Below are positions 24,262 to 37,173 of a DNA stretch of 64,000 nt, in pieces; the stretch's first letter is position 1, and the number at the start of each line of letters is the position of its first letter. Location of the stretch: positions 620,001 to 684,000 of the forward strand of contig JALDZX010000003.1 in NCBI GenBank assembly GCA_022813865.1, written 5' to 3'. Made by a program: the position numbers and the translations under genes. The DNA comes from Xylographa opegraphella (taxonomy: Eukaryota). Below the pieces are notes generated by a model. The model saw only the letters and a list, made by a program, of their open reading frames with translations, was not told the DNA's origin and made no database searches.

Positions 24262-25944
24262 TCAGAACTGAGTGCTTCTGCGTTTTTCCGCAGCAGTACC
24301 CAGAACTAGGAGAGGCGCCTTTCGCTTCTCGCTTTCATCTCTCGGCCCCTCAATTTTGATCTCAACCAATTTTCCTCCCACACCAGCCCCTTCTTCACTG
24401 CTAACACTGGAAGCAACAAAGTGCCGATCAACGGAGCTCCTCTCCCGGGACCGCTCCTTCATTTCCTTACGTTCGGACCCAATGGCACCGTTCGCGGCGG
24501 CGCGGAGGCTACCAATGCTTGGTTTACTTGATAGGCTACCGCTGCGGCTACCAGTACCTTCCGAGTCGTTATCGGAGGATGCCGAAAAAGCAATTTCGAC
24601 ATCGTTAATTGGGCTGTGGATATCAAGACTGTCCACTGATCCGTTTCCATGAGACGCAGTACGACGTTCCAGCCCAGCACGAACTAAATTGTTGACGGCG
24701 CGGCGGCGTTGACGGGTTGCGAAATTCTTACTGCCCTCAAACTTCGTAGTTGGCTTTGCAATGAGCTCTTCCAGTGCTGGAGGCCCACGCGGTTGTCGGA
24801 TGGGATGCTCGCCTGCACGCGCTTGTCCAGGTCCGAATGTACCTGTCAGAGGCGTTTGAGGGAACCCTGCCGACTTCAGTCCACCAGTCTTCGGACCATC
24901 ACAGAGAATCGAGTTATTGATCCCGTTCATGAGTGAAAGCCCCTTCCTGTGTCCAGGACGGAATGCATTTGCGGAAGGAGGAGGCAATGGGTTCACATCA
25001 TCCTGCGGAGGCGAAGTTGACTTTGGGGGAGATCCACTTCTGAAGCTGGTGAATGGACTTGGAGATTCCGGAGGTGGAGAGACTTGGGCGCGAAAAGTTG
25101 GAGTGGGTGGAGGTGGAGAGTGGCTGAGCTCGAGATTTGACTCTACATGCGGTGATCCGAACTGAGAACCCTGAGCGTTCGGGTCAAAAATGTAGTTTAA
25201 TTGACCGCTCATAGGACTGTAGACCGAGTAAAAACCGGGCTGATTGGGAACGGGTTGTACAACCGGTTGAAGGCCTTGCTGTAGTTGCTGGTTGTAAAAG
25301 CCGAGACCCGGTGTCATCGGAAGCTGAGCATAAGTATTATCTTGATTCAACTGCATGTCTTGAATCTGCTGTGCTGCCGCAGTCACATTGATCAACTGCT
25401 GTTTCAGACGCATTTGCTGTTGAGCCAGATACTGATTGGTGCGAACAAGCTCATCGTAAAGACTGGGATCCATCTGACCTGCTCCATGCTCATCCTCGAT
25501 TTGAATTGCAGGTGGAGCAAGAACTTGGTCAGGAGAGTAGAGCCGGTTCATAGCACTCATGCCATATTGGTAAGAGGTCGGAAAATTAATCCCAGTTGAA
25601 GTCTTCGGCATATACTGCTGAGAGTAAGCCTGTTCTGCCATTCCATACTGGTTACGGTCGAAAGGAGTTCGCTGTTCCAGTTGGGTCGGAGGAGCAGAGG
25701 TTGGGAAGGTGGGTGACTTCGGAGCCGTTCTCAGCCCAGCAAGCAGATGAGAGCGGCTTGTCCGTGGCTGAACCGGTTGATTCTCGTCAATCGTGGAGAT
25801 CTTTGAGGGTGGAGCAACACTCAGTCGCTTGATGTTGGGGGCTTTGCCCCGCGCTGCGAATCCAGATCCCGGGAAGCCAAGTCCCCCACTAAAGTTGTTG
25901 TGATTGTAGGTCATTTGAGCCAAACCGCCAGCGTCTAGACTCAT
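24262..25944 (-). CDS. Pro/Gln/Ser-rich, largely disordered protein (560 aa) with an RQPRGP motif, resembling a conserved uncharacterised fungal family
   Basis: Long intronless ORF; blocks RTSRSHLLAGLRT, FRPGHRKGLSL, GEHPIRQPRGPP, GSKNFATRQRRRA. Confidence 0.85.
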   Translation of the reverse strand: MSLDAGGLAQMTYNHNNFSGGLGFPGSGFAARGKAPNIKRLSVAPPSKISTIDENQPVQPRTSRSHLLAGLRTAPKSPTFPTSAPPTQLEQRTPFDRNQYGMAEQAYSQQYMPKTSTGINFPTSYQYGMSAMNRLYSPDQVLAPPAIQIEDEHGAGQMDPSLYDELVRTNQYLAQQQMRLKQQLINVTAAAQQIQDMQLNQDNTYAQLPMTPGLGFYNQQLQQGLQPVVQPVPNQPGFYSVYSPMSGQLNYIFDPNAQGSQFGSPHVESNLELSHSPPPPTPTFRAQVSPPPESPSPFTSFRSGSPPKSTSPPQDDVNPLPPPSANAFRPGHRKGLSLMNGINNSILCDGPKTGGLKSAGFPQTPLTGTFGPGQARAGEHPIRQPRGPPALEELIAKPTTKFEGSKNFATRQRRRAVNNLVRAGLERRTASHGNGSVDSLDIHSPINDVEIAFSASSDNDSEGTGSRSGSLSSKPSIGSLRAAANGAIGSERKEMKERSRERSSVDRHFVASSVSSEEGAGVGGKLVEIKIEGPRDESEKRKAPLLVLGTAAEKRRSTQF

Positions 25945-26790
25945 ATTGATAGTAATCGATTAGCCTTCGGTGGACTTCCGTGAATTAAAGCGACTAGTTA
26001 TCAAGAAGCCTGATGGGTAGTATCTGTACAATTGAAGTAATTTGGAGATAGTGTAAGAAGAAGCTTTTTGGTTGACAGTTCTGTAAGTCTAAGGCGAGGC
26101 AGATCGTAGAACTGCCGCTCGCTATGAACGCGTTACGAAGCTCCTCGTATTAGAATGTATCTTGATAGCAGTCGGCGTCCACAAGAAAGCTGACCCAAGG
26201 TGCTACAAAGTATGTAAGTTGATGGTCTTGTGTGCACACTATACACAAATCCAAAACAAGTCAGCGTTACCCACAATGATGAAGAGAAAGAAGTCGCTGG
26301 AAGGACCCACCTTTTATGTATGTTGTCTCTTCGGCGGAGATCAAAAGCCAAAAGTGATTACGGCGAAATTCTGAATTAGAAGGCGCGATGCGGCACAAGC
26401 GTGAACGACGGAAGGAGACAAGATATTATGATCGTCGACAAGATAGACACACAAAGGAATGTCGGAAGAGCTGTGATGTTGCGCTGCAAGCCACAAGCAA
26501 CGAGCTGAAATTATGTAGGCAGTGACCAAATGGGTGGTCGGGAAGTGGACGGAAGAAAGGCCAGAAGTAGTCTACGTCTTTGAACGTCCTAAGCACTCCT
26601 TCTGGACAAGATTCGATGAGGCAAAACGAAGACGATTCAAAAGGAAGGGCGCGAGAGGCACAAGTAGTGAATGAAGATGGAGGAGATGGGGGGGTTTTGG
26701 GGGGGGAGATGTGAAGGTGCAAATAGGTCGACGGAGGCTGAGGTGCAGAAGGGAAGGAACAATGATTTGAGCGTGATGTCCGGTGTTTCC

Positions 26791-26821
26791 TTAGTCTCTT
26801 AGTGTCTTAGTGTCTTTAGTG
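26791..26821 (+). repeat. Short tandem repeat of TTAGT(C/G)TC(T), about 3.5 units
   Basis: ttagtctct tagtgtct tagtgtctt tagtg read directly. Confidence 0.6.
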
Positions 26822-29800
26822 CCGCTCGTTGGCCAACTGGCTTTTGGCCTTTGCCTTTCCGCGCTACCGGTAACCTTCACCTGCTTTCGAGGGGCTCCGA
26901 GCCGCTGATTGGTTTCGCTTAGAGGCATCAAGGGGGGGAGGGGAAGAAAGGGGAGTTGCCCAACTGCCCAGTCATTATGATGTTTATTATTGGTTTGGCA
27001 TTGTCCTCGCGAAGTCCCCACTCACAACCAAAGCCTGGCAACGCCGATGAAGAACAAAGATCAAGCAAGCTCCACAAGGATCCTCTTTGGCCCGTCGCCG
27101 CTCCCCTTCATTATTGGAACGAAGCGGATGTGTGATGCTATTTTGACGGCATCGCAGTCCATTCATTGGCCATGCGCTTCGCTATTCTTATGGCCCCACA
27201 TGTTTGTCTACAAACGAAAGTCATCGTGGCGCACACCACAATCTGGATGGCGGTGAGAACCACGAGTACACAAGTCGAGGTCTAGACGATCAACCACGAC
27301 AACGACTAACTTGGACCTTGGTACAGCGCTTAAGCAGGCCCCCTTCGATTACAGCCACCAATGACAGACCTCGTCCTCACTGTCCCGCTTCCCGGATGGC
27401 TTAGGATAAGGCGGGGGTGACGCCAGGTTGCACCATTCCCTCCGCGAAGGACGTGGGCACCCTTCAGCCAGTGGATGCTGCTGCTTACACCGTTACCAGC
27501 ACTGGACTAGCCCAGCGAACCAGAGTTCTTGATGGAGTGAACTCGCCCGTGATGGTCATCGACAAGCGCATAACCAAGCAAAACCAGATGGCGGAGCTGT
27601 GTCGACTTCTGTGTGTGCACTGGGCGGCTGGACGAGAACAAAGAGGGCCGTTCAATCTATTGGCGAAATCCTTCTTTGATAAGGACAACGTTGAATCTTG
27701 AGATCTGCAGAAATATTAGTGATACGGAGGCGATATGCTTGTGGATGGTGTTCCATGGGTCGTGCCAGCATCTGAAACTGCTAATCGCACAGCCTCCAGG
27801 GGTGTAATTGTGGCAAAATGTGATTTCGTTTATAGGTTCGTTTGTTTCAGTCCTGGTTGCTATTGTTTGAAGCCCATCCGGCATCATAGCTCGAGTTCAG
27901 TGAGCACGACTTCTGGTTTCCGCCTTTCTGCAACACCCGAACGCAGAGGTTCTCGCCAACCCACTTGTATGAATTATTCGGCCATGATTCCATATAGAAT
28001 TGCCGATACTATCGACAATCCGCGACGGTGAATCGTACGATGCTGATCGACATAGGTCAGGTGGGAGTAAACCCGCTTGTGCTGTGACCCTCGTGAGTCC
28101 GAAAGACGGAGAGGACTGTTGACCAACAGATCATGATACTACACCCGGTAGCACAAACACGGTCTTGCCATTGTACCTCATGATTTTGAGACCATGCCAG
28201 ACACGACTACAACTCAAATCACCGATAGCCATAGTTTCCGATGCATCACGGTCAACAGTCTATCTGTCTTAGGCTTTCAGATCAATCGGCATGGATTATC
28301 CGAGCTTTTGTTTCTTGCCTCAAACTCTGCATGAAGTGTAACGAGGTTAACGTTTCCAGATAATGATTTTATAAATAATGCACTCAATGCATTCTGATGA
28401 GAAATCCCGTGTACCTAGCTGACAGTAGGGATCCAGGCAATGTCAATGGCTTCGCCGTATACCTGTTCCTGGATGTTGAGTTGACGACCAGGAGATGATC
28501 ATGTGAGCCTTACTGTGTGCTGCTTGCTTCCCAGCGCTTTTGGAACCTGGCTTTAGCTCGTTAGTAGCTAGCTCGAACTTTGGCCATGGCTTCGTCAGTT
28601 GAGTCATCGAAAGATAATATCAACACCTGGGAAGGTGGGGAAATTGGGCCTGCTAGAACTGGCTAAATCGTGGTCTATTGGTACTATATAGCTAGGAATT
28701 CATTCTAAGAACGAAAAAACGAGTTTCAAGTTTCCCCGGTAATTTAGTGGATGCTAAAGTGGTGAGGACTGTATGTCTCTCTGTTGCCGGAGATGTATCA
28801 TCCTGTGATTATCTGTAGGCTGTCCCTCGCGGATTGTGTGCGATACACATTCATTTCACTACTTGCAATTCCTTAGGGCCTACCCATTTGTCCTCGGGTG
28901 CTGTTTGTAATGAGTTTTTAGATATAATCAACAAATACGATGCCCCATACCGATACACAATACGACCTGCATTAAGAAAACTTTCTCTTGTTGCAGAATA
29001 TATTCCACATACTCTTCAGCAAGATTATGGCCAGATTAGCACTCTTAGCGCTACTATTGGTATACGTATAGCCAACACTACTCGGGCTCTCGGGACCAGC
29101 ACAGCTAAGCTTAGGAATCGGCCAAACATCATCGCCTGTCATCCTCCAAGGCGAGCTTCGAGCTCCATCTGCTCATGCCCTACAAGCTGTGCCAATACTG
29201 GGATTAGACATCGCCGGTGCAGTCTTACTATACTGAAGGAAATATTTCTATGGTCAAAGCTACCTGTCCCCCCCCAAGGTAACATGGCCGCAGTCAAAGA
29301 ACAGTGAAGATATGCGACCAGGGTCTCCAGAATACTACGTTGAGATCACATACTATTCCGTAGAGTGGGTATGATCACTAAGGACTGCAAAAGGGGTATT
29401 CTCGAAAAGTATCGTAATGGATAATCCGGTCCTAGATACAAACAGACTAACTTGTTAGTCAGTATATGTTTCTGTCCCAGCATGCGAGCGAAGTTATTGT
29501 TCTTGTTATTCTCCATAGATGCTTCTATACTAGGATTTTCCTGGAGCATAGGTTGATTTCTTCATGACCATGTTTGCCATCATAGTTATATACATACACG
29601 GTCGTAGATCCTATTGACTCCCAAGTGATGGAGACTTCCTCCGCAGGGTGCCCGATTGAACTCCTCATGCCAGCAATAACCACAGTAGACAAAGTGAGCT
29701 ATACGTGATCTACTTTAGGACTAGCTCCCGTTCCTTCCCAGCCTTACGTAGAGATTCCCGAGTCGCGTTCGGCTTCAAACGTGTTTCAAAGCAGAAGAGT

Positions 29801-30045
29801 TCTATGACAGAGCCGCCACACGCAGCTAACCACACCAGGACACCCAATTAAACGTTGCACATTCTCTCCCCAGGATCCTGGCAGCGACATCCAGATACAC
29901 TACACGACCAAGAAATTACCTCAACATCGCCATTCTCCACGAACCACCCTCCCACCTCCTATCTAGTTAATTGACGCTCTGCCATCTACTTGCTTGCAAC
30001 CACAAACTACACTGAATCCAGCAACCTCCTTTCCGGATCGCCATC

Positions 30046-30840
<795 letters not shown>

Positions 30841-31531
30841 CTTCTCTTCACACAGATTTTCCATCATATCAACCTCGATCACGAGACCACAGTACACGAC
30901 ATGCGGCATGCCTCAGGCACTCAACTAGGGCGTTCCACGGCACTTCAAACTCCGCTGTCGCTTTTCCTTCTCTTCTTTCCACCATCGTTCCGCGGACAGC
31001 GTGAGATACCCACTTGTAATACTAGCGGCTGGGCCTTTTACGTTAGCTTTACACTTTTGTAATCTTTGCGTTCCACTCTCGTTTTTTCTTCTCTTCTAGT
31101 CTCTGTCACCGGCCGCGCCTAGCCGAGGGGTGTCCAGCCCAGTAATGGGTTCCATGAAGGCGATACGGAGGGCTGGATACATCAGATCCACAATTTTATA
31201 CTATTGTAATGCCGGCTGGGTCTTTCGATACTTTTCTCTTCCTACTTGATACCATATACAGCGAGGGAGGTGTGTGTAAGCAGCCGAGTGCTGGAGACAG
31301 GGAGACGTGCGGCGCATTAGGGATAATTGCACACATTCGAACAGGAAACTGCATGCGCTCAAGATCTTACATTGCGAAACCACAAGTCGTGCTCTCATCA
31401 ACGAGTCGGTCAAGGTATTAAGCTAGGTCCATAGTGAGCAGGAAATGTACCATCGCATGCACACAATCCTTATAATTCATCATATGAAGAGAAACCCGCC
31501 ATGAAACCCCGCCATGACCACCGCCCATTTC

Positions 31532-33616
31532 TTAAGCCATCGGCAGCTTCAGGTTCACGCCTCCAGTGGGGTTCTCAGCCTCCTTCCCCTCCTTGGTCGC
31601 CGGCTCTGTCTTCGCCGCCCCCGTCCCCTGCCACTTACCAATCACCTCATCCACTTCGCTCCTGTACTGCCGCTGGCTGTGGCATTGCTCCAGGAACACT
31701 TTGTACTTGACCTGCAGAAGCTTCTTCTCGTGCGGGTCCTCGGTCGGCTGCACGGCCTTGCCCGGCTTACTCATACGGTCCATGATATCCCACAGCGGCT
31801 CGGTCTTGCCTTCCTTATCCGCGCTGGCAGCTTTGGCTCCGAGCATTGCGGCGCCGTGCGCCACGGCCGCGTTGACGTACTGGGGGATCAGGACGGGCAT
31901 GTCGCAAGCGGAAGCCATGAGGCGCATGAGAACGTCGTTCTGGCACTGGGAGCCGGACATGAAAATGGAGGATATGGAATGACCTGCCTTGTTCATGGTC
32001 TCGATGATCTGGTGCGTCTGTAGGGCGATGAACTCCATACAGGCGTAGTAGTACAGCGCAAGGCCGTTGAGGCTTTTGTCGCTGCTGAGGCCGATGACAG
32101 CGCCGGTCATGCGTGGGTCTGCGATAGGGGAGCGGTTGCCGAAGAGGTCGCCATAGAAGAAGAAGTGGCGGCCGAGGTAGGAGATAGTAGGAGCAGAGGC
32201 TTCAGATTGCATGATCTTAAGGTGCTCGTTGAGATAGTCGTAGATGTTAGTATTGTATGACTCGGCGATGCTAAGGGCTTGCTGGAATGCGGGGTGAGTT
32301 TCAATAACGTGTTTGAGAAGCTCGCCAGTAGCACTCTGACCACCTTCTGCCATCCAGTATTCGGGGATCAAGACATCGCGATAAGGGCCCCAGACACCAG
32401 GTACGAATACTGGACCAGGGGACATGGCAAGATGGCAAGTAGACGTTCCGGCCACCGCTGCGAGGCGGGTAAAAGCCTGGGATGGATCATTGCTGGCAAC
32501 GGTCGAGCTGAGCTCTTGAGACCCGAGTTTTACTTTTGCTCCCACAGTTCCGACCCAGCCGGCATAAGCGTCAATCACACCACTCCCAACCGCAATACCT
32601 GCTGGAAGTCCCAGCTCGGATGCAGCCTTCTCGCTAAGGACTCCCGCGAGCTCTCCAGCGCTCAGGTATTTACCATTCTAACAAAAGCGTATTAGCTATG
32701 AACCACGTGCCTTCTACCAAGGCGTTCATTAGACAAGTGACTCACTACCCCGTCGACTCCCCCTAATCGTTTAAAGTTGTCTGCGCACAGCTCTTCGAGG
32801 CCGATAGTTTTCAAGAAGTCTTCTTGCCAGCCTTTGACGCTCCCGTCAACTCCCACTGGAACAAAGCCTTGCTTACAGACAGTGCTACAGAAACTCCGAG
32901 TTTCATTGCCGGTAGCAATATGGGTCAAAGCATCAGCCAAGTCATAAAACTTACAACGATCGAAAAGTTCCTTCGGCATATTGTTCTTTAGCCACAAAAC
33001 TTTAGGTATTTCCATCTCAATTGACATTGTGCCTCCGACATATCTTAGCAGATTGTGGTCTGTAGCATTAATTTTCGCTGTTTCTGCCACTGGTCGATGG
33101 TCAAGCCAGAGAATGATGTTGTGATCATTGTCGAACTTGGGTCCCGTCACTGAGACTGGTTTATCAGTGTCATGGGCAAAGACGGCAAGAGAACAGGTCG
33201 CATCGAAGCCGATACCACGAATGGTGGAGGCATCTATGTTGTGCTGGTCCGTGGCTCGTTTGACTGCCGTACATATGCATGACCAAATGTCGTTTGTAGA
33301 TTGTTCCTATATCAAGTATTAGCGAGTAAGAAGGGCTTGCGTTTCCTCCTTCAGGTGGTAAAGAAGAGCAAAGTGTAGGATAGGGTCGACCGAGGTTTCT
33401 TACATAGTAACCATGTTCCGGCTGCCATAACCCAATGTTTTCGGACGCTAAACCAACAATATCGCCTCTGGAGTTGATAATGCAGGCTCTGGCGCTGCCA
33501 GTTCCGACGTCGATTCCAATGTAATGATCCATGGTAGACCTCAATTCGTTGTGAGGATCCGTTGACATCTGTCGAGACTGCTGCCGCAGCGGCTGTCTGA
33601 AAGGTATAGCATCCAT
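31532..33616 (-). CDS. FGGY-family pentulose kinase (D-ribulokinase-like), multi-exon
   Basis: YIGIDVGTGSARA, GIGFDATCS, WLDHR, MEIPKVLWL, IDAYAGWVG, GTSTCH, EGGQSATG, GNRSP. Confidence 0.93.
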
Positions 33617-34306
33617 TTTGGGGGCTTCCTTCACCCGGAAATAAGCAGACTTCTAATGTAACACAGCAAGCCAAGGCAGCTAAAAGCTTGCTTGATGTGT
33701 CAATTGGGTAATTTTTCTGCGAGTCTGCGAATTTCGGGGCTTTGATCCGCGGATTGGGATAGGTGCGGAAAGAAGGTAGTGAGATGTCACGATAATGTCT
33801 ACCTAGTACTCCATGTGTCAGTATGGTTACGAGACGGAAATTGAAAACGATCTGTTGAGGATTGACCAGGTAGATCTCAAGCTAGCCAACGGCGTGATCT
33901 GCTTACCTGGGACAGCTTTTGGTTCCTGGTCGAGAAATTTACGAGACTATGACGCCGATCTTCGAGTGTTCGGATGGAGGGGCAGCTTCGATAGAGAAGA
34001 TGCCCCGCACCCAATCTTCCCACTCTTCCGCTCCAATGAAGAACACGTGGGTAGAACTTGACCCCTCGTGCATGATTAGGAGAGGTTGCACTCTCATACC
34101 TGGCAGGAGCAAGCTTGCATGCAGGTCCGGATAGCTGTTCCTTCAGTCCAGTAGGGTTGGGTGCCGAATACTCCTACGGCCTTTGTGTCGACTTAGGGGT
34201 TGACTAAGCCACTAGTGGACCTCAAGCCCTAACTTTTCGCGTTCAGACAACAAACACACGCGCTTATCTGAGATGCCGACAAAGGAAATACTAAGGTAGA
34301 GCAGTG

Positions 34307-34935
34307 ATGGCGCCCAAGCAACCCAAGGGCGAATACATCGAGACCGTAAAATCCCTCTCCACCCCCCATCAAAGCACAATTGACGCTCTGTGCAGGATAC
34401 CGGTAACAAAGTTTCCCGCCGCGCTCTCATCTCAGGTACCCAAAATATTATCTTGGGAGGCCGTACCGTTATCCAAGCCGACGTAATCATCCGCGGTGAC
34501 CTCAGCCGCACCCTGCCTACCAATTCAACCACGTCTGGCTCCGCTCCGGCAGCTACCAACCACGTCGCCGTCGCCATCGGCCGCTATTCCTTCATCTCTA
34601 CTGGCACCATTCTGCGGCCTCCAGCTAAGCTTCACCGAGGTATCTATTCATACTTGCCATTGAAAATCGGTGATAATGTGTTCGTTGGGCCTGGGTGCAT
34701 AATCGAGGCCGCGAGTATTGGCAACAATGTATGGATTGGGAAAGGTGCTGTGCTAGGGAAGATGGTAATTGTCAAAGATGGAGTGAGGATATTGGAAGGA
34801 GCGGTGGTGCCATCGGGAATGGTCGTTGGAGTAGCAAGTGTGGTGGCCGGAAGGCCGGCGAGAGTAGTGGGAGAAGTGGGAGTTGGATGGGAGGGGTTCA
34901 ACGGGAGAGAGTTATGGAAAAATACGACTGGATGA
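34307..34935 (+). CDS. DCTN5: Dynactin subunit 5 (p25), left-handed beta-helix
   Basis: KGEYIET|DTGNKVSRRA, NIILGGRTVIQADVIIRGDL, hexapeptide repeats; intron ~34346-34395. Confidence 0.92.
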
Positions 34936-35405
34936 ACAAGGATACCTACGCTATAGCTAGTGCCGGGGTATCCTACCTGCGGATTGCTGACTGTGGAGCA
35001 ATTCACATCCTGTCATGATTATGGATGTCGGGCTATCGCTGCGCAGATTATGAGGACATTGAGAGTGCAATAATTCTGTAAGTTTGCTTGCAGCGATATC
35101 GATATCTATGGATCCTGCTATAAGCTTTCAGGGAATGAGACGGCTCACCTCCAGCAAGACCACGTATATGGCAGCAATGGCAAAGGAGAAGATATGATAG
35201 GGTTGGGGTGCGCTCGACTACCCAAAAGCCAACCATTCTCAACGTCTGGAAGACTCGAGAACGCAGACTCGGGGTCATCAAGAGGCCTGGCTATACGCAA
35301 TCAGTCGACCGGATTCAATGTCACCCTTCCCGTTCTGTGTACAACTATTATCATCTCATCAACAGCGGTCCGAGCCGGCGCGAAAAGCTCTGACAACGGA
35401 ATCGA

Positions 35406-36480
35406 CTACCAGATCGATTCCGGGTCCACCACACCCCACGGCTCCCCTTCCGCTGGTGGTGTGTATTCAAACGCAGTTTCACTCTCCTTGTCTAAGGTGC
35501 CGTTTCTCTCCTTCCACTCAAGTTTTGTCTTGAGTTTGAAGAAGTGCACGAATTGCTCTATGGCCAACGAGAAACTGCTACCGAGCGGCGCGAGGACATG
35601 TGTGGCTGTGCCGGCCGTGGGGGAAGAGTAGCTACTGAAGCACGCATACTTCGACGGCGAAACGTGGGATTCGTAGAGCTGAAGGCATTGAGTACGTGGT
35701 GCTGGAAGGGGGACGCGGGAACGGCGGGGAAGAATATATGGATAGAGAGGGGTGGAAAGATTCATTGAATAGGGGAAACAGCTGACCTTGAGAACATATC
35801 TCGCGTTGGTATTGGTCGTGAGATCCGAGCGGGCAAGTGTGATATCATAGCTGAAGCCGGTGACGTCTCGGTAGATATGGTAGCCATCTGGGTAAGGCGG
35901 AAGAATAAGATTGCAACTTTCCAAACCGAAAAAGGACAGGGGGCGAAATCCTTACCGGTATACATCTTGGATTTGAATTCATCGCAGCTTTTCTCAAAGA
36001 GCCCAACTACAGAGATCAGCTCCATGACATGGGATGTACCAACCAAATGGACACTTACCTCCTTTCATGATGTTGTCGTCCCGTGCACCCTTTCTCGTCG
36101 CCTTGACCTTCGCTTTGGCCTTGAGCTGACTTTTCAAGAGAAAGCCACCAGTTCGCAATGGTCGTTTAGCCAGCAGCGAGTCCTCCAGCCAGTCCCAGGT
36201 GACGATCTTGCATTTCTTGAGTTTCTGCGCTTGCTGAACTATATGGTAGAAAGTTCTGAGTATTGGTTGAACATGCCCGCCTGGCGGACCCGCATGAGGA
36301 CTCACCCATCGAGACACCCTTCTTGAAGTGTTCTTCGCTGCAAACAAGGTGGGTAACATTGGAGCCGATTCGGGCGGAGCACTGGCCGCCTTGATTCTCG
36401 ATCCATTTCTTGACTTTTTCGTACGGCTTGTCGAAATTACCTGTAAGCGCGATGGTACACCTTTTGAAGCCGTTCGGCAT
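35406..36480 (-). CDS. BRCT + WGR-like domain protein, multi-exon
   Basis: IALTGNF..KWIENQGG..VTHLVCS..IVTWDWLEDSL (BRCT); YHIYRDVTGFSYDITLAR..LYES..FFKLKTKLEWKER (WGR-like). Confidence 0.82.
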
Positions 36481-37173
36481 GTTGGAGTTGTTTGAATCAC
36501 TTCCGATTGTTCGCAAAGTGCAAAATTGTATGTTTACTGCAACGAGAGCTGAGTATGGCAAGTGAGACAAACCTTTGGTCACTACAATGTTGCTTTACCA
36601 TGGGCCGAGTAGCAAGTTGCAATATGTCGTGAAGTCTGAAGAATTCCAAGTGAAATGAGATGAATGGGTGTTCAATCAGTGGTAAAAGATCTCTTTATGG
36701 TAAACATGGAGTCTTAGTTATTAGCATACCACCAGGAATTGAGCGATCATGAGGACTGTATCCAAGACGTGATAGTAATGTCACGGAAGAATAGAGGAGC
36801 CTTAGACCTGCAATTTCCGCGAAGAGTTCGAGGAAGAAGCCGAGGTCAAACCATGGATGTGAATGCAGTGTCAGTGGCTCAGTAATGCAAATAACCCTAA
36901 CTGCACTCAAATATCTCATCAGATTGTAAGAGTAGATGGTCACTTACGGAGCAGGACGGAGGCAAAGTTTATCAAATATATTTTCGTCGTCATCGGCAGT
37001 AGTACAACAACTTTATGTGAGAAGACATCTCAGAAGAGATGCTGCATGAGTTGAGGAAAGTTGCAGTCATTTAAAGACTGGCGGAGAAACACATGAAACA
37101 GATGATATCATGATGGAACAACTTGGCATGACTTTGGGCACCAGGAACTCCGATGGCCAATATTGAGATAGCT

